Positions 1 through 11,662 of a stretch of 63,740 nt of DNA are shown here, in pieces; position 1 is the stretch's first letter; each line of letters begins with the position of its first letter. Source of the DNA: Pseudomonadota bacterium (lineage in GTDB: Bacteria; Desulfobacterota; Desulfobacteria; Desulfobacterales; JBDRRP01); contig JBDRRP010000044.1 of assembly GCA_043825735.1 (NCBI GenBank), forward strand, positions 1 to 63,740, read 5' to 3'. A program made the position numbers and the translations under genes. The notes under the pieces are model-generated. The model saw only the letters and a program-made list of their open reading frames with translations. It was not told where the DNA came from and searched no databases.

Positions 1-141
1 ACGGCGATCACAAGGTGGCCTCATTACGGCGATCACAGGGTGGCTCGATTGCGCCGATCACAGGGTGGCCTCATTGCGGCGATCACAGGGTGGCTCGTTT
101 ACGGCGATCACGGAATGGCACTATAGCGGCGATCACTAACA
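1..141. mobile_element. Terminus of an IS21-family insertion sequence (25-bp tandem subterminal repeats ending in ...CTAACA)
   Basis: 5.6 copies of a 25-bp unit (RCGGCGATCACAGGGTGGCNNNNTT) at 1, 26, 51, 76, 101 and 126, ending in CA at 141 and abutting mid-gene moxR sequence; multiple terminal repeats and a CA end are IS21 hallmarks. Confidence 0.75.
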
Positions 142-607
142 AGGCACCTTTCCGCTGCCGGAATCACAAATGGATCGGTTCCTGATGCGTATCTCCATCG
201 GTTATCCCGGCAGACAGGCCGAACGGGAACTGCTCAAAAGGCCGGCCTCCCGAGAAGCGCTGAACGATGTTTCCTGCTGCATCGGACCAGCGGACGTAGA
301 GCGCATTCAAAGCGCGGTGGATCGCGTTCACGCCTCCGATGCACTTCTTGAATACCTTCAGGATATCATCGACTTTACCCGCAAGGAGCCGCTTTTTATG
401 AATGGTCTGTCACCCCGTGCGGGCCTTTCCCTGCTTCAGGCATCCAGAGCGTGGGCATTTATTGATGGCCGTGACCACGTGCTTCCAGAGGACATCCAGC
501 AGGTCCTGCCCTGGGTGGTGTCCCACCGACTGCGGTCAGCCAAAAACTATTCGGAAATTCCCGTCCAACAATTGTTGGAAATCTTTAAAATCGTTTCGAT
601 TCCTTGA
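142..607 (+). pseudogene. moxR: MoxR-family AAA+ ATPase, C-terminal fragment (interrupted by IS)
   Basis: Frame from 143 reads GTFPLPESQMDRFLMRISIGYP...GLSPRA...GRDHVLPEDI; in-frame TAA at 137-139 lies inside the IS end; Walker A/B half absent. Confidence 0.85.
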
Positions 608-619
608 TGCAGGGGCTCC

Positions 620-1552
620 ATGGACGGTTTTCATCACTCGGAATCCTTTGCCGCCACACCCGGCAAAACCAGCAAGGTGTACATCTGGCTGACACGCTAC
701 GGTGTGCTCTATTTTACAGTATTGATCGTGATGCTTTTAGGCTCTCTGAATTACAAAAATAACATGGGGCTGCTGCTGACCTTTCTCCTTGTCGGAATCG
801 CACTCATATCACTGTTTACCACCCACCGTGCTCTTGCCGGTCTTTCCTTTGCGCACCTTTCCTACGCCGCAGCCTTTGCCGGCGATCGGATGACGGTATC
901 ACTGGATGCCGAGTGCATGGCCGCCGCATCGCCATCGTTTCAATTCACGATCAACGGATCGGTGGGCCATGGTTCCTTGAACGCCGACGCGCGAGAGACC
1001 CTCTCCCTTTCCATGCCCACCGACACCCGCGGGGAAATTTTATTGAACCGGGTCCGCGTGGAAACGGTATATCCGTTAGGCCTGTTCCGTTCCTGGCGTA
1101 CATTTTATTTTGACGGGGCACACGGCGTGGTCTACCCGTCCCCGCGACGAGGCCCGCTGCCTTTCGGCCCGGGTACTGCCGAAGGAGAATCCGGCCCGTC
1201 TCAATCCGTGCCGGGAGGTGAAGATTTTAATGGCCACCGTTTGTATCAGCCAGGTGATCCCCCCCGACAAATCGATTGGCGGGTTTATTCCAAGGGCCAG
1301 GGGCTATTCAGTAAAAATTTCTCGACACCGACAACCAGCACCGTGCACTTGATCTGGAGCCTCCTTCCGGAAGGTGATCCGGAATACCGCCTGTCTGTCA
1401 TGTGCCACGCCATCTTGAAGGCCAGCATGGAGCAGCGGCGTTTCGGCGTGCGTCTGCCCTGGGCAATCATGGCGCCTGACGCCGGCCCGCGTCATGTGCA
1501 CGCGTGTCTTCGCCAACTCGCCCTCATGGGCACCGCCGGGAGCGCATCATGA
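620..1552 (+). CDS. DUF58 domain-containing protein
   Basis: N-terminal TM pair; YPLGLF...VVYP and EDFNGHRLYQPGDPPRQIDW motifs; usual position after moxR. Confidence 0.85.
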   Translation: MDGFHHSESFAATPGKTSKVYIWLTRYGVLYFTVLIVMLLGSLNYKNNMGLLLTFLLVGIALISLFTTHRALAGLSFAHLSYAAAFAGDRMTVSLDAECMAAASPSFQFTINGSVGHGSLNADARETLSLSMPTDTRGEILLNRVRVETVYPLGLFRSWRTFYFDGAHGVVYPSPRRGPLPFGPGTAEGESGPSQSVPGGEDFNGHRLYQPGDPPRQIDWRVYSKGQGLFSKNFSTPTTSTVHLIWSLLPEGDPEYRLSVMCHAILKASMEQRRFGVRLPWAIMAPDAGPRHVHACLRQLALMGTAGSAS

Positions 1553-3501
1553 CCGATAGCTGGGATCGCCATGCGCGGCCCCTGCTGGGTGCCATTTCAA
1601 TGGCTGCACTGCCACATCTCTTTCGCGTCCCGTATTGGCTGACAGCCGTCGTTATCATTTTTTCGGCAATGCTCTTCGCGGCTATCCAATACCACTGGCC
1701 GGTACCTTCCCGGGCACTCAAATGGCTCATCATCTTTTCCGGCGTCGCCGCTGTCAAAATGAGCCTCGGGCATATTGTCGGGCGCGATCCTGGAATGGCT
1801 CTTTTTCTGATGATGGCATTCCTGAAAATCCTTGAAATCCGAACAGAACGGGACCGAATTATTTCGCTATGCATGGCCTATTTCCTACTGGCAGCGAATC
1901 TGTTTTTTTACCAGAGCTTGATCATGGCCATCCATATGCTCCTATCGGTATGGGTCACGACGGCGGTCATGATCCACGTCCAGGATTCGCGCCCCAAGTG
2001 GGTTCAACATTTCAAGGAGTCCGGCGCCCTGATCCTCCAGGCGCTGCCGGTCATGGTGGTTCTGTTTTTTCTCTTTCCACGAATTCAGGGATCCTTGTGG
2101 GGACTGCCGCAGGGTACAAGCGGCACTACCGGATTCACGGACAGATTATCGCTGGGGGATGTGTCCGCCATTGTTCAAAACAATGAGGTCGCATTTCGTG
2201 CGACCTTTGAGCAGCAAGCCCCACCCTCGGAGGAACGCTACTGGCGGGGCATCGTTTTCTGGCAATTTGACGGTGTTTCCTGGGAGCACGGCCATTTTTG
2301 GCCACCGCGCAAAGAAATGGCCGCCAGAGATCGGCCGGCGACCTACACGATCACCCTGGAGCCCAGCAACGCCCGATGGATGTTTTCTCTGGACATGCCG
2401 GGGGCACCACCCTCTGGTAGCCGGATGGATGCCGATTACACCCTGCGCGCCGCATCCCCTATCGTCGAACGCATCTCCTACCAGGTGACCTCATATCGTC
2501 GATACCGCACACCGCCGGCGCCGCCCTGGGAGATTCGCCGCGGCCTCCAGCTGCCAGACGGCAACCCGCGAACGGTGGCCCTCGGCAGACAATGGGCCGC
2601 AAAGCTTTCCACCCCTGCCGAGATCGTCTCAGAGGCGGTGTCCTACATCACGGCCGGCCATTTTATCTACACCCTCAACCCGCCGCCCCCGTCACCCGAT
2701 CCGGTGGATCAGTTCCTCTTTGAAACGAAAAAAGGATACTGCGAGCACTTTGCGGCCGCGTTCGCATTACTGATGCGTGCTGCCGGCGTCCCGGCCCGGG
2801 TCGTCGGAGGCTACCTGGGAGGCGAAGCCAACCCCTATGGCAATTACCTTATCATCAGACAATCCGACGCCCATGCCTGGGTGGAAATCCATGATGGCAC
2901 ACAGGGATGGGTGCGCATTGACCCAACCGCCTTGGTGGCCCCCGACCGGGTCATGCAAAGCCTTGCCCAGGCTGTGCCGACCGATGAACTGCCGGCCTAT
3001 CTTGTCATGGAGGGATACGGATTGACCGGAAAGGCTCTGCGCGCCCTGCGGCTCTCCTGGGACGCGGTAAATCTCAACTGGTACCGGTGGGTGGCCTCCT
3101 ACTCGCACCAGCGCCAGGCCGCACTGCTTTCGCGGGTGGGCATCACCATGACGTCATGGCGCGGTGCCGCGCTATCGGGTCTGGCCGCCGTGGCGTTGAC
3201 CACACTCATCATAGGTCTCATTGCCTTCCGGGCACACCGGCAACTCACGCCGGGGGAAGATCCTGCCGTGAAAGCTTACAAAACCTTCCTGAAAAAGGCA
3301 GCCCGAGCGGGGCTACCGCCCAAAGCCCTGCACGATGGCCCCACTCACTATGGCCGGCACATCGCCCGCCGGCGCCCGGATCTGGCCGAAGACATCACGG
3401 CCATCACCGACAGCTATGTGAGATATCGCTACGGCAAGACACCCTCTCCGGCCGACCTCAATACCCTGCGCCGAAAAGCCCGCCAATTTAATCCTGAGTG
3501 A
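1549..3501 (+). CDS. Transglutaminase-like membrane protein (TgpA/DUF3488 type)
   Basis: Multi-TM N-terminus, GYCEHFA catalytic Cys, DAHAWVE and WVRIDPT motifs; ATG at 1549 overlaps previous stop (ATGA). Confidence 0.9.
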   Translation: MTDSWDRHARPLLGAISMAALPHLFRVPYWLTAVVIIFSAMLFAAIQYHWPVPSRALKWLIIFSGVAAVKMSLGHIVGRDPGMALFLMMAFLKILEIRTERDRIISLCMAYFLLAANLFFYQSLIMAIHMLLSVWVTTAVMIHVQDSRPKWVQHFKESGALILQALPVMVVLFFLFPRIQGSLWGLPQGTSGTTGFTDRLSLGDVSAIVQNNEVAFRATFEQQAPPSEERYWRGIVFWQFDGVSWEHGHFWPPRKEMAARDRPATYTITLEPSNARWMFSLDMPGAPPSGSRMDADYTLRAASPIVERISYQVTSYRRYRTPPAPPWEIRRGLQLPDGNPRTVALGRQWAAKLSTPAEIVSEAVSYITAGHFIYTLNPPPPSPDPVDQFLFETKKGYCEHFAAAFALLMRAAGVPARVVGGYLGGEANPYGNYLIIRQSDAHAWVEIHDGTQGWVRIDPTALVAPDRVMQSLAQAVPTDELPAYLVMEGYGLTGKALRALRLSWDAVNLNWYRWVASYSHQRQAALLSRVGITMTSWRGAALSGLAAVALTTLIIGLIAFRAHRQLTPGEDPAVKAYKTFLKKAARAGLPPKALHDGPTHYGRHIARRRPDLAEDITAITDSYVRYRYGKTPSPADLNTLRRKARQFNPE

Positions 3502-3859
3502 ACGACTACCGGTAAAGCCGGTGGTTCTGAATTGCGACAGTGGGCCGCGATTCAAAATCGTAGACCCGGAAAGGAGGGTTTTCGGCGGAGATCCTACGCG
3601 AAGCGCAGGGTTTCAAAGGCCATCCAGCCCCCGCATCGCCGCCTTCTTGCATCATTTTCACTAATCGGCAGTGCCGTATGCTTTTAACGACCTGCCGGAC
3701 AGGGCGCGATCGTGTGCGGCCGAAAAAAGAGCGCTGGACATGGACGCCTGAAACCTGGCATGGTGACGAACTAGGCCCTATACTTGGCAAGCCTCTTACA
3801 CGCCCTCGCCCTTGATGGGAGCGGGCTGAGGTGGGGGTGACAACCCACTGGAACAGACA

Positions 3860-4321
3860 ATGAACCTGACCTCCGAAATGATGAAAGCCTTCATCGAAGC
3901 GCCGTTTCCCTTCGTCGAGCGCATCGGCCTCAAAGCGCTGGTCCTCGAACGCGGTCGCGTGCGCCTGGCCGTTCCCCTGGAAGGCAACGGCAACCATATC
4001 GGCTCGATGTACGCCGGCGCCCTGTTCACCCTATCCGAAATCCCCGGCGGCGCCCTTTACCTGACCAGCTTCGACACTGCCCGTTTTTATCCCGTGGTCA
4101 AAGAGATGACCCTGCGCTTTCTCAAACCGGTCACCACCGATGCCACCGTCGAGATCACCCTCGAAGAGACGGCCATCACCCGCATCGAGACCGAAGCGGC
4201 ACAAAATGGAAAGGCCGAATTTATTCTGGAAGGGGAAATCGTGGATACCGCGGGCCAGGTCGTCGCTCTCAGCCGTGGCGTCTACCAGTTGCGGTCCCTG
4301 AAAGAACTATCGCGGCTGTGA
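3860..4321 (+). CDS. PaaI/hotdog-fold thioesterase
   Basis: NHIGSMYAGALFTLSE motif, LRFLKP. Confidence 0.8.
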   Translation: MNLTSEMMKAFIEAPFPFVERIGLKALVLERGRVRLAVPLEGNGNHIGSMYAGALFTLSEIPGGALYLTSFDTARFYPVVKEMTLRFLKPVTTDATVEITLEETAITRIETEAAQNGKAEFILEGEIVDTAGQVVALSRGVYQLRSLKELSRL

Positions 4322-4416
4322 AGTAACGGGTTTCACCACCAGCAAAAACACCTGATCAGGCCCTATGCTTGTACTGAAAAACGTAGACTTGGGACCACGA
4401 ATCGCACAGGTCACGG

Positions 4417-8210
<3,794 letters not shown>

Positions 8211-8447
8211 AACGGCTGTCCTCCTGATTGAATCGTTTCGATAATTTGTAAAACAGTATCTTAGCACAAAGGGGCGCGTGCTCAAAGAGATCACCGCCGG
8301 ACGCCCCGGCGCCGCAAAGGGCCTGGCAACCGCAGGCCGGCCGCCGGTCCGCAGAGCGTCTGCCGACCAAAATCCCCTTGACTTCGCGCGCGCCGTCGTT
8401 AATATTGAACGGTCTAACCGATCAGCCATTTTGTAACGAGGTGGAAT

Positions 8448-8633
8448 ATGCCAGTCTATGAATTTGAATGCCCACAGTGCGGAGAGGTGACCGAAGGGCT
8501 GTTCCGCATGGGCACACAGACCATCAACTGCCCGAAATGTCAGAGTAAAGCACAGAAGATTCTCTCCACCTGCTCTTTTGAGCTGAAAGGCGGCGGCTGG
8601 TACGCCGACGGTTACGCGTCAAAAAAAGGGTAA
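8448..8633 (+). CDS. FmdB-family zinc ribbon protein
   Basis: MPVYEFECPQC...CPKC...FELKGGGWYADGY; GAGG RBS. Confidence 0.88.
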   Translation: MPVYEFECPQCGEVTEGLFRMGTQTINCPKCQSKAQKILSTCSFELKGGGWYADGYASKKG

Positions 8634-8781
8634 CGATCTCTGATATCGCTGCCGGAATGGACCTGCCCCGCGGCATGGGTTCATCCGGCAGTGGTGTTTT
8701 CAGCGCGCCCGAAATCCACCGGTCACATCCCGACGCGGATCCGTCGTTCGGTCAGGCGCCCACGGGTGGGGCGACATATCA

Positions 8782-11178
8782 TCAGGATGCATTCTTCCCG
8801 TCCCAGAATCCGGCCAGAGTTTTCAGAAGGGCCGGCGCACCCCCCACGCTGACGGTTTTCCACGCGGCCGGCAGCAGATCGGCGTAGGCGGCGGTGCCGT
8901 AACGGCGATCCACCAGCACGACGATGCCCCGATCAGACTCGGAGCGGATCACCCGCCCGGCGGCCTGGAGCACCCGGTTGATACCGGGGTACTGGTAGGC
9001 AAACGCGAAACCGCGCCCTTCACGGGCCTGGAAATAGGCCCGGATGAGTTCCTGCTCCAAGGACACTCCCGGAAGCCCCACCCCCACGATGACCGCTCCG
9101 CTCAGGCGCCTGCCTACCAGGTCGATCCCTTCACCGAAGATGCCACCCATGACGGCAAATCCAACGGTGGGGGTCTCTTCGGCGGCATCAAACCGGGCAA
9201 TGAAAGCATGACGCGCCGCCTCGCTCATCTCCGACTCCTGGATGCACAGATGAAAACCCTCGGGGGCGGCGGCAGCAAACCGCTCGTAGACCCGCGCCAT
9301 GTATGCGTATGAAGGGAAAAAAAAGAGATAATTGCCCCGCCGGGCCGCCAGCACCGCACCGAGCACCTCACACAGGGCGCCTTCAGTGGCCGGACGGTCG
9401 CGATACAGGGTGGACACATGGCGCACGCGCACCGCGGCCAAGTGATCGGGCGGAAACGGTGAGGGCAGCGCGATCATGACGCTCTGCGCGCGCAGGCCCA
9501 AAAGCCGGCGAAAATACTCCCCCGGCGAAAGGGTTGCGCTGAAAAGCACCACCGAACGGCAGCGCGACATGACCTGGGCCAGCTGCCGGGAAGGGTCGAG
9601 ACAAAAGAGCTTCACGACCAGGTCCTGCCCCTCGGCGCTGTAACAGGTCACGTAATCCGCGCCGTATTGATCGGCAACCCGAAGAAACCCCAAGGCCTTG
9701 AAAAAAAATGTCAAGAGCGCCTCGGCCTCGGGATTTCCAGCCGAGGCGGCCAGCCATTTTTCACTGGCGGTGCAAAATCGGCGCAGCAAGGGGTAGAGAT
9801 CTTCCGGCGGTTCGGACCGGGCCGTGCCTTCGGCGCCAGGGGCCAGGCGCTTTCGAGCGTCCAGCAACCATGCGTTGATCCGGCCCATGTGCCGGTAAAT
9901 GACAGGCTGGGCGGTTTTCAACGGCCGCCGCACGTCGAGAAGGGTCTTCTTGGACAGATCGGCCGAAAACATCTCCCGGGCGCGGTCCACGAGGTTGTGA
10001 GCTTCGTCCACCAGCAGCACCACCTGCCGCTGCTCCTCAGAGACGACGCCCTTGAGACTCACCCGGGGGTCGAAGGCGTAGTTGTAGTCGCAAACAATGC
10101 CGTCGGCCAGCGCCGCCAGTTCCAGCGACAGCGCAAACGGGCAAAGCGCGTTGGTCCGTGCGGCCGCTTCGATCACTTCCCGATCGATGATGTCGTGGTC
10201 GAAAAACACCTCACGGCCGCCGGCAAGACGGTCGAAATATCCGGCGGCAAAGGGACACGTCGCCGCCTGGCAGGCGCTCTCCGGCAGAAAACAGATCTTG
10301 TCCTTTGCCGTGAGCAGCACGGTCTTGAACCGAAGCCCGCCCTCGGACAGCCTTACCAGCGCATCCCGGGCGGCCCGCTGGCCGGTGGTGCGCGCTGTTA
10401 GATAAACCAGCGCCGTCGGCGGCTGCTCGAGCAGCGCCTTGATAGCGGCAAACAGCACCCCCATGGTTTTACCGATACCGGTTGCCGCCTGAATCATGCT
10501 CTGGCGCCCCTCGGCAATGGCGCGATAGACGGCAACCGCCACGGGTCGCTGACCGGGACGAAACCGGGTAAACGGAAATGCCAATTCTCGGATAGAGGCA
10601 TCGCGCAGGTGCGACCACGCCCCCATGCGCCTGGCCCATCGGGCATAGCGGTCCACCAGGTCGGTAAACACCCGCTCCAGGGCGGCAGCTGTCCAGGTCT
10701 CACGAAAGGTGCGGATCTCACCGGTGTCCACCTGAATGTAGGTGAGCTGCACATCGGTTTGCGCCAGCGCTTTTTCGTCCGCGTAAAGGTAGGCATAGAC
10801 CCGGGCCTGCCCCCAGTGCTCCGGGATCGCAGCCGGGTCCAGGTCATCGATATCCCGCGTGGTGGTCTTGATCTCTTCCACGATGGTGTGATCGGGGGCC
10901 TCGAAAACACCGTCCATGCGGCCGCTCACCCGCAGGATCGCCCCGTCGGCGGCAACCGTTTTCGCCACCGGGACTTCGGCACGGTACTCGGCCGGTCGGC
11001 GGCGCTGCAATTGCTGGTGCAGCCGGATGCCCTCCAGGGCGCGGCGGGAGCCGGCAAACTCAAAGCCCAGATCACCGCCGCCCAGAACAAAGCTCACCAG
11101 CGCCCGCACGGCCACCGGAATGGTGGGTGGCTCGAGAGGTGATTTTTCCAGCGTGATATCAACGGTGGATGCAGTCAT
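8782..11178 (-). CDS. DinG/XPD-family Fe-S DNA helicase with N-terminal PD-(D/E)XK nuclease domain
   Basis: N-term H...GRMDG...EEIKT...QARVYA; FRPGQ Q-motif, ATGIGKT, four Cys, DEAHNL, SATL, EGID, QAAGRVIR. Confidence 0.88.
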   Translation of the reverse strand: MTASTVDITLEKSPLEPPTIPVAVRALVSFVLGGGDLGFEFAGSRRALEGIRLHQQLQRRRPAEYRAEVPVAKTVAADGAILRVSGRMDGVFEAPDHTIVEEIKTTTRDIDDLDPAAIPEHWGQARVYAYLYADEKALAQTDVQLTYIQVDTGEIRTFRETWTAAALERVFTDLVDRYARWARRMGAWSHLRDASIRELAFPFTRFRPGQRPVAVAVYRAIAEGRQSMIQAATGIGKTMGVLFAAIKALLEQPPTALVYLTARTTGQRAARDALVRLSEGGLRFKTVLLTAKDKICFLPESACQAATCPFAAGYFDRLAGGREVFFDHDIIDREVIEAAARTNALCPFALSLELAALADGIVCDYNYAFDPRVSLKGVVSEEQRQVVLLVDEAHNLVDRAREMFSADLSKKTLLDVRRPLKTAQPVIYRHMGRINAWLLDARKRLAPGAEGTARSEPPEDLYPLLRRFCTASEKWLAASAGNPEAEALLTFFFKALGFLRVADQYGADYVTCYSAEGQDLVVKLFCLDPSRQLAQVMSRCRSVVLFSATLSPGEYFRRLLGLRAQSVMIALPSPFPPDHLAAVRVRHVSTLYRDRPATEGALCEVLGAVLAARRGNYLFFFPSYAYMARVYERFAAAAPEGFHLCIQESEMSEAARHAFIARFDAAEETPTVGFAVMGGIFGEGIDLVGRRLSGAVIVGVGLPGVSLEQELIRAYFQAREGRGFAFAYQYPGINRVLQAAGRVIRSESDRGIVVLVDRRYGTAAYADLLPAAWKTVSVGGAPALLKTLAGFWDGKNAS

Positions 11179-11192
11179 GAACCATTTTCAAT

Positions 11193-11354
11193 ATCTGGTT
11201 ATGCTCAAAACTCAAGTAACAGTGCCGGTGCCGGTGCCTCGTATCTCCCGATGTTTTTGATCACCACGAAGTTCACGAAGGACGCAAAGGTTATCTAACC
11301 CACTCGTTTTTGGTTTTTCTTCGTGCCCTTCACGGGTGACTCTCAGTGCTGCGG
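11193..11354. repeat. Palindromic 9-bp-unit intergenic element; inverted homolog of 15257-15413
   Basis: CACCACGAAGTTCACGAAGG...CTTCGTGCCCTTC; reverse complement aligns by eye to 15257-15413 over ~160 bp. Confidence 0.85.
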
Positions 11355-11530
11355 ATAAAGAGGATACCGGTGCCACCGCTTCATAATCAACCACAGCCCG
11401 GGCCAATACATTGAAATCATAGATCGTCCCGACGCTCAATGTTCTATGCCCATTGCCGCCGGACCGCCCACCTTAACGGCGAACGCCCAAAGGATCAAGA
11501 TACGGATAGGGTTTTAGGCGTAGTCATCGT

Positions 11531-11560
11531 TTGACAGCTGAGCGAATTTCTCCCTATTAT
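11531..11560 (+). promoter_or_regulatory. sigma70-like promoter of gcvT-glyA fusion
   Basis: TTGACA-N18-TATTAT. Confidence 0.55.
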
Positions 11561-11662
11561 GACCCGGTCTGAAGCCTCCGGAGCTGCGGACGGCATCGAA
11601 AGGTAGTTATCTCACGGGTTTTGCGCCAACCGGCCGAAAGGCCATATGAAAAGGAGCATCCC

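Noticed and set aside
1..141. CRISPR array
   Set aside because: 25-bp units are contiguous with no unique spacers; no cas genes; fits an IS21 end.
8782..11178. Type IV CRISPR CasDinG/Cas4 locus
   Set aside because: No array or other cas genes; nuclease domain lacks the Cas4 Cys cluster.
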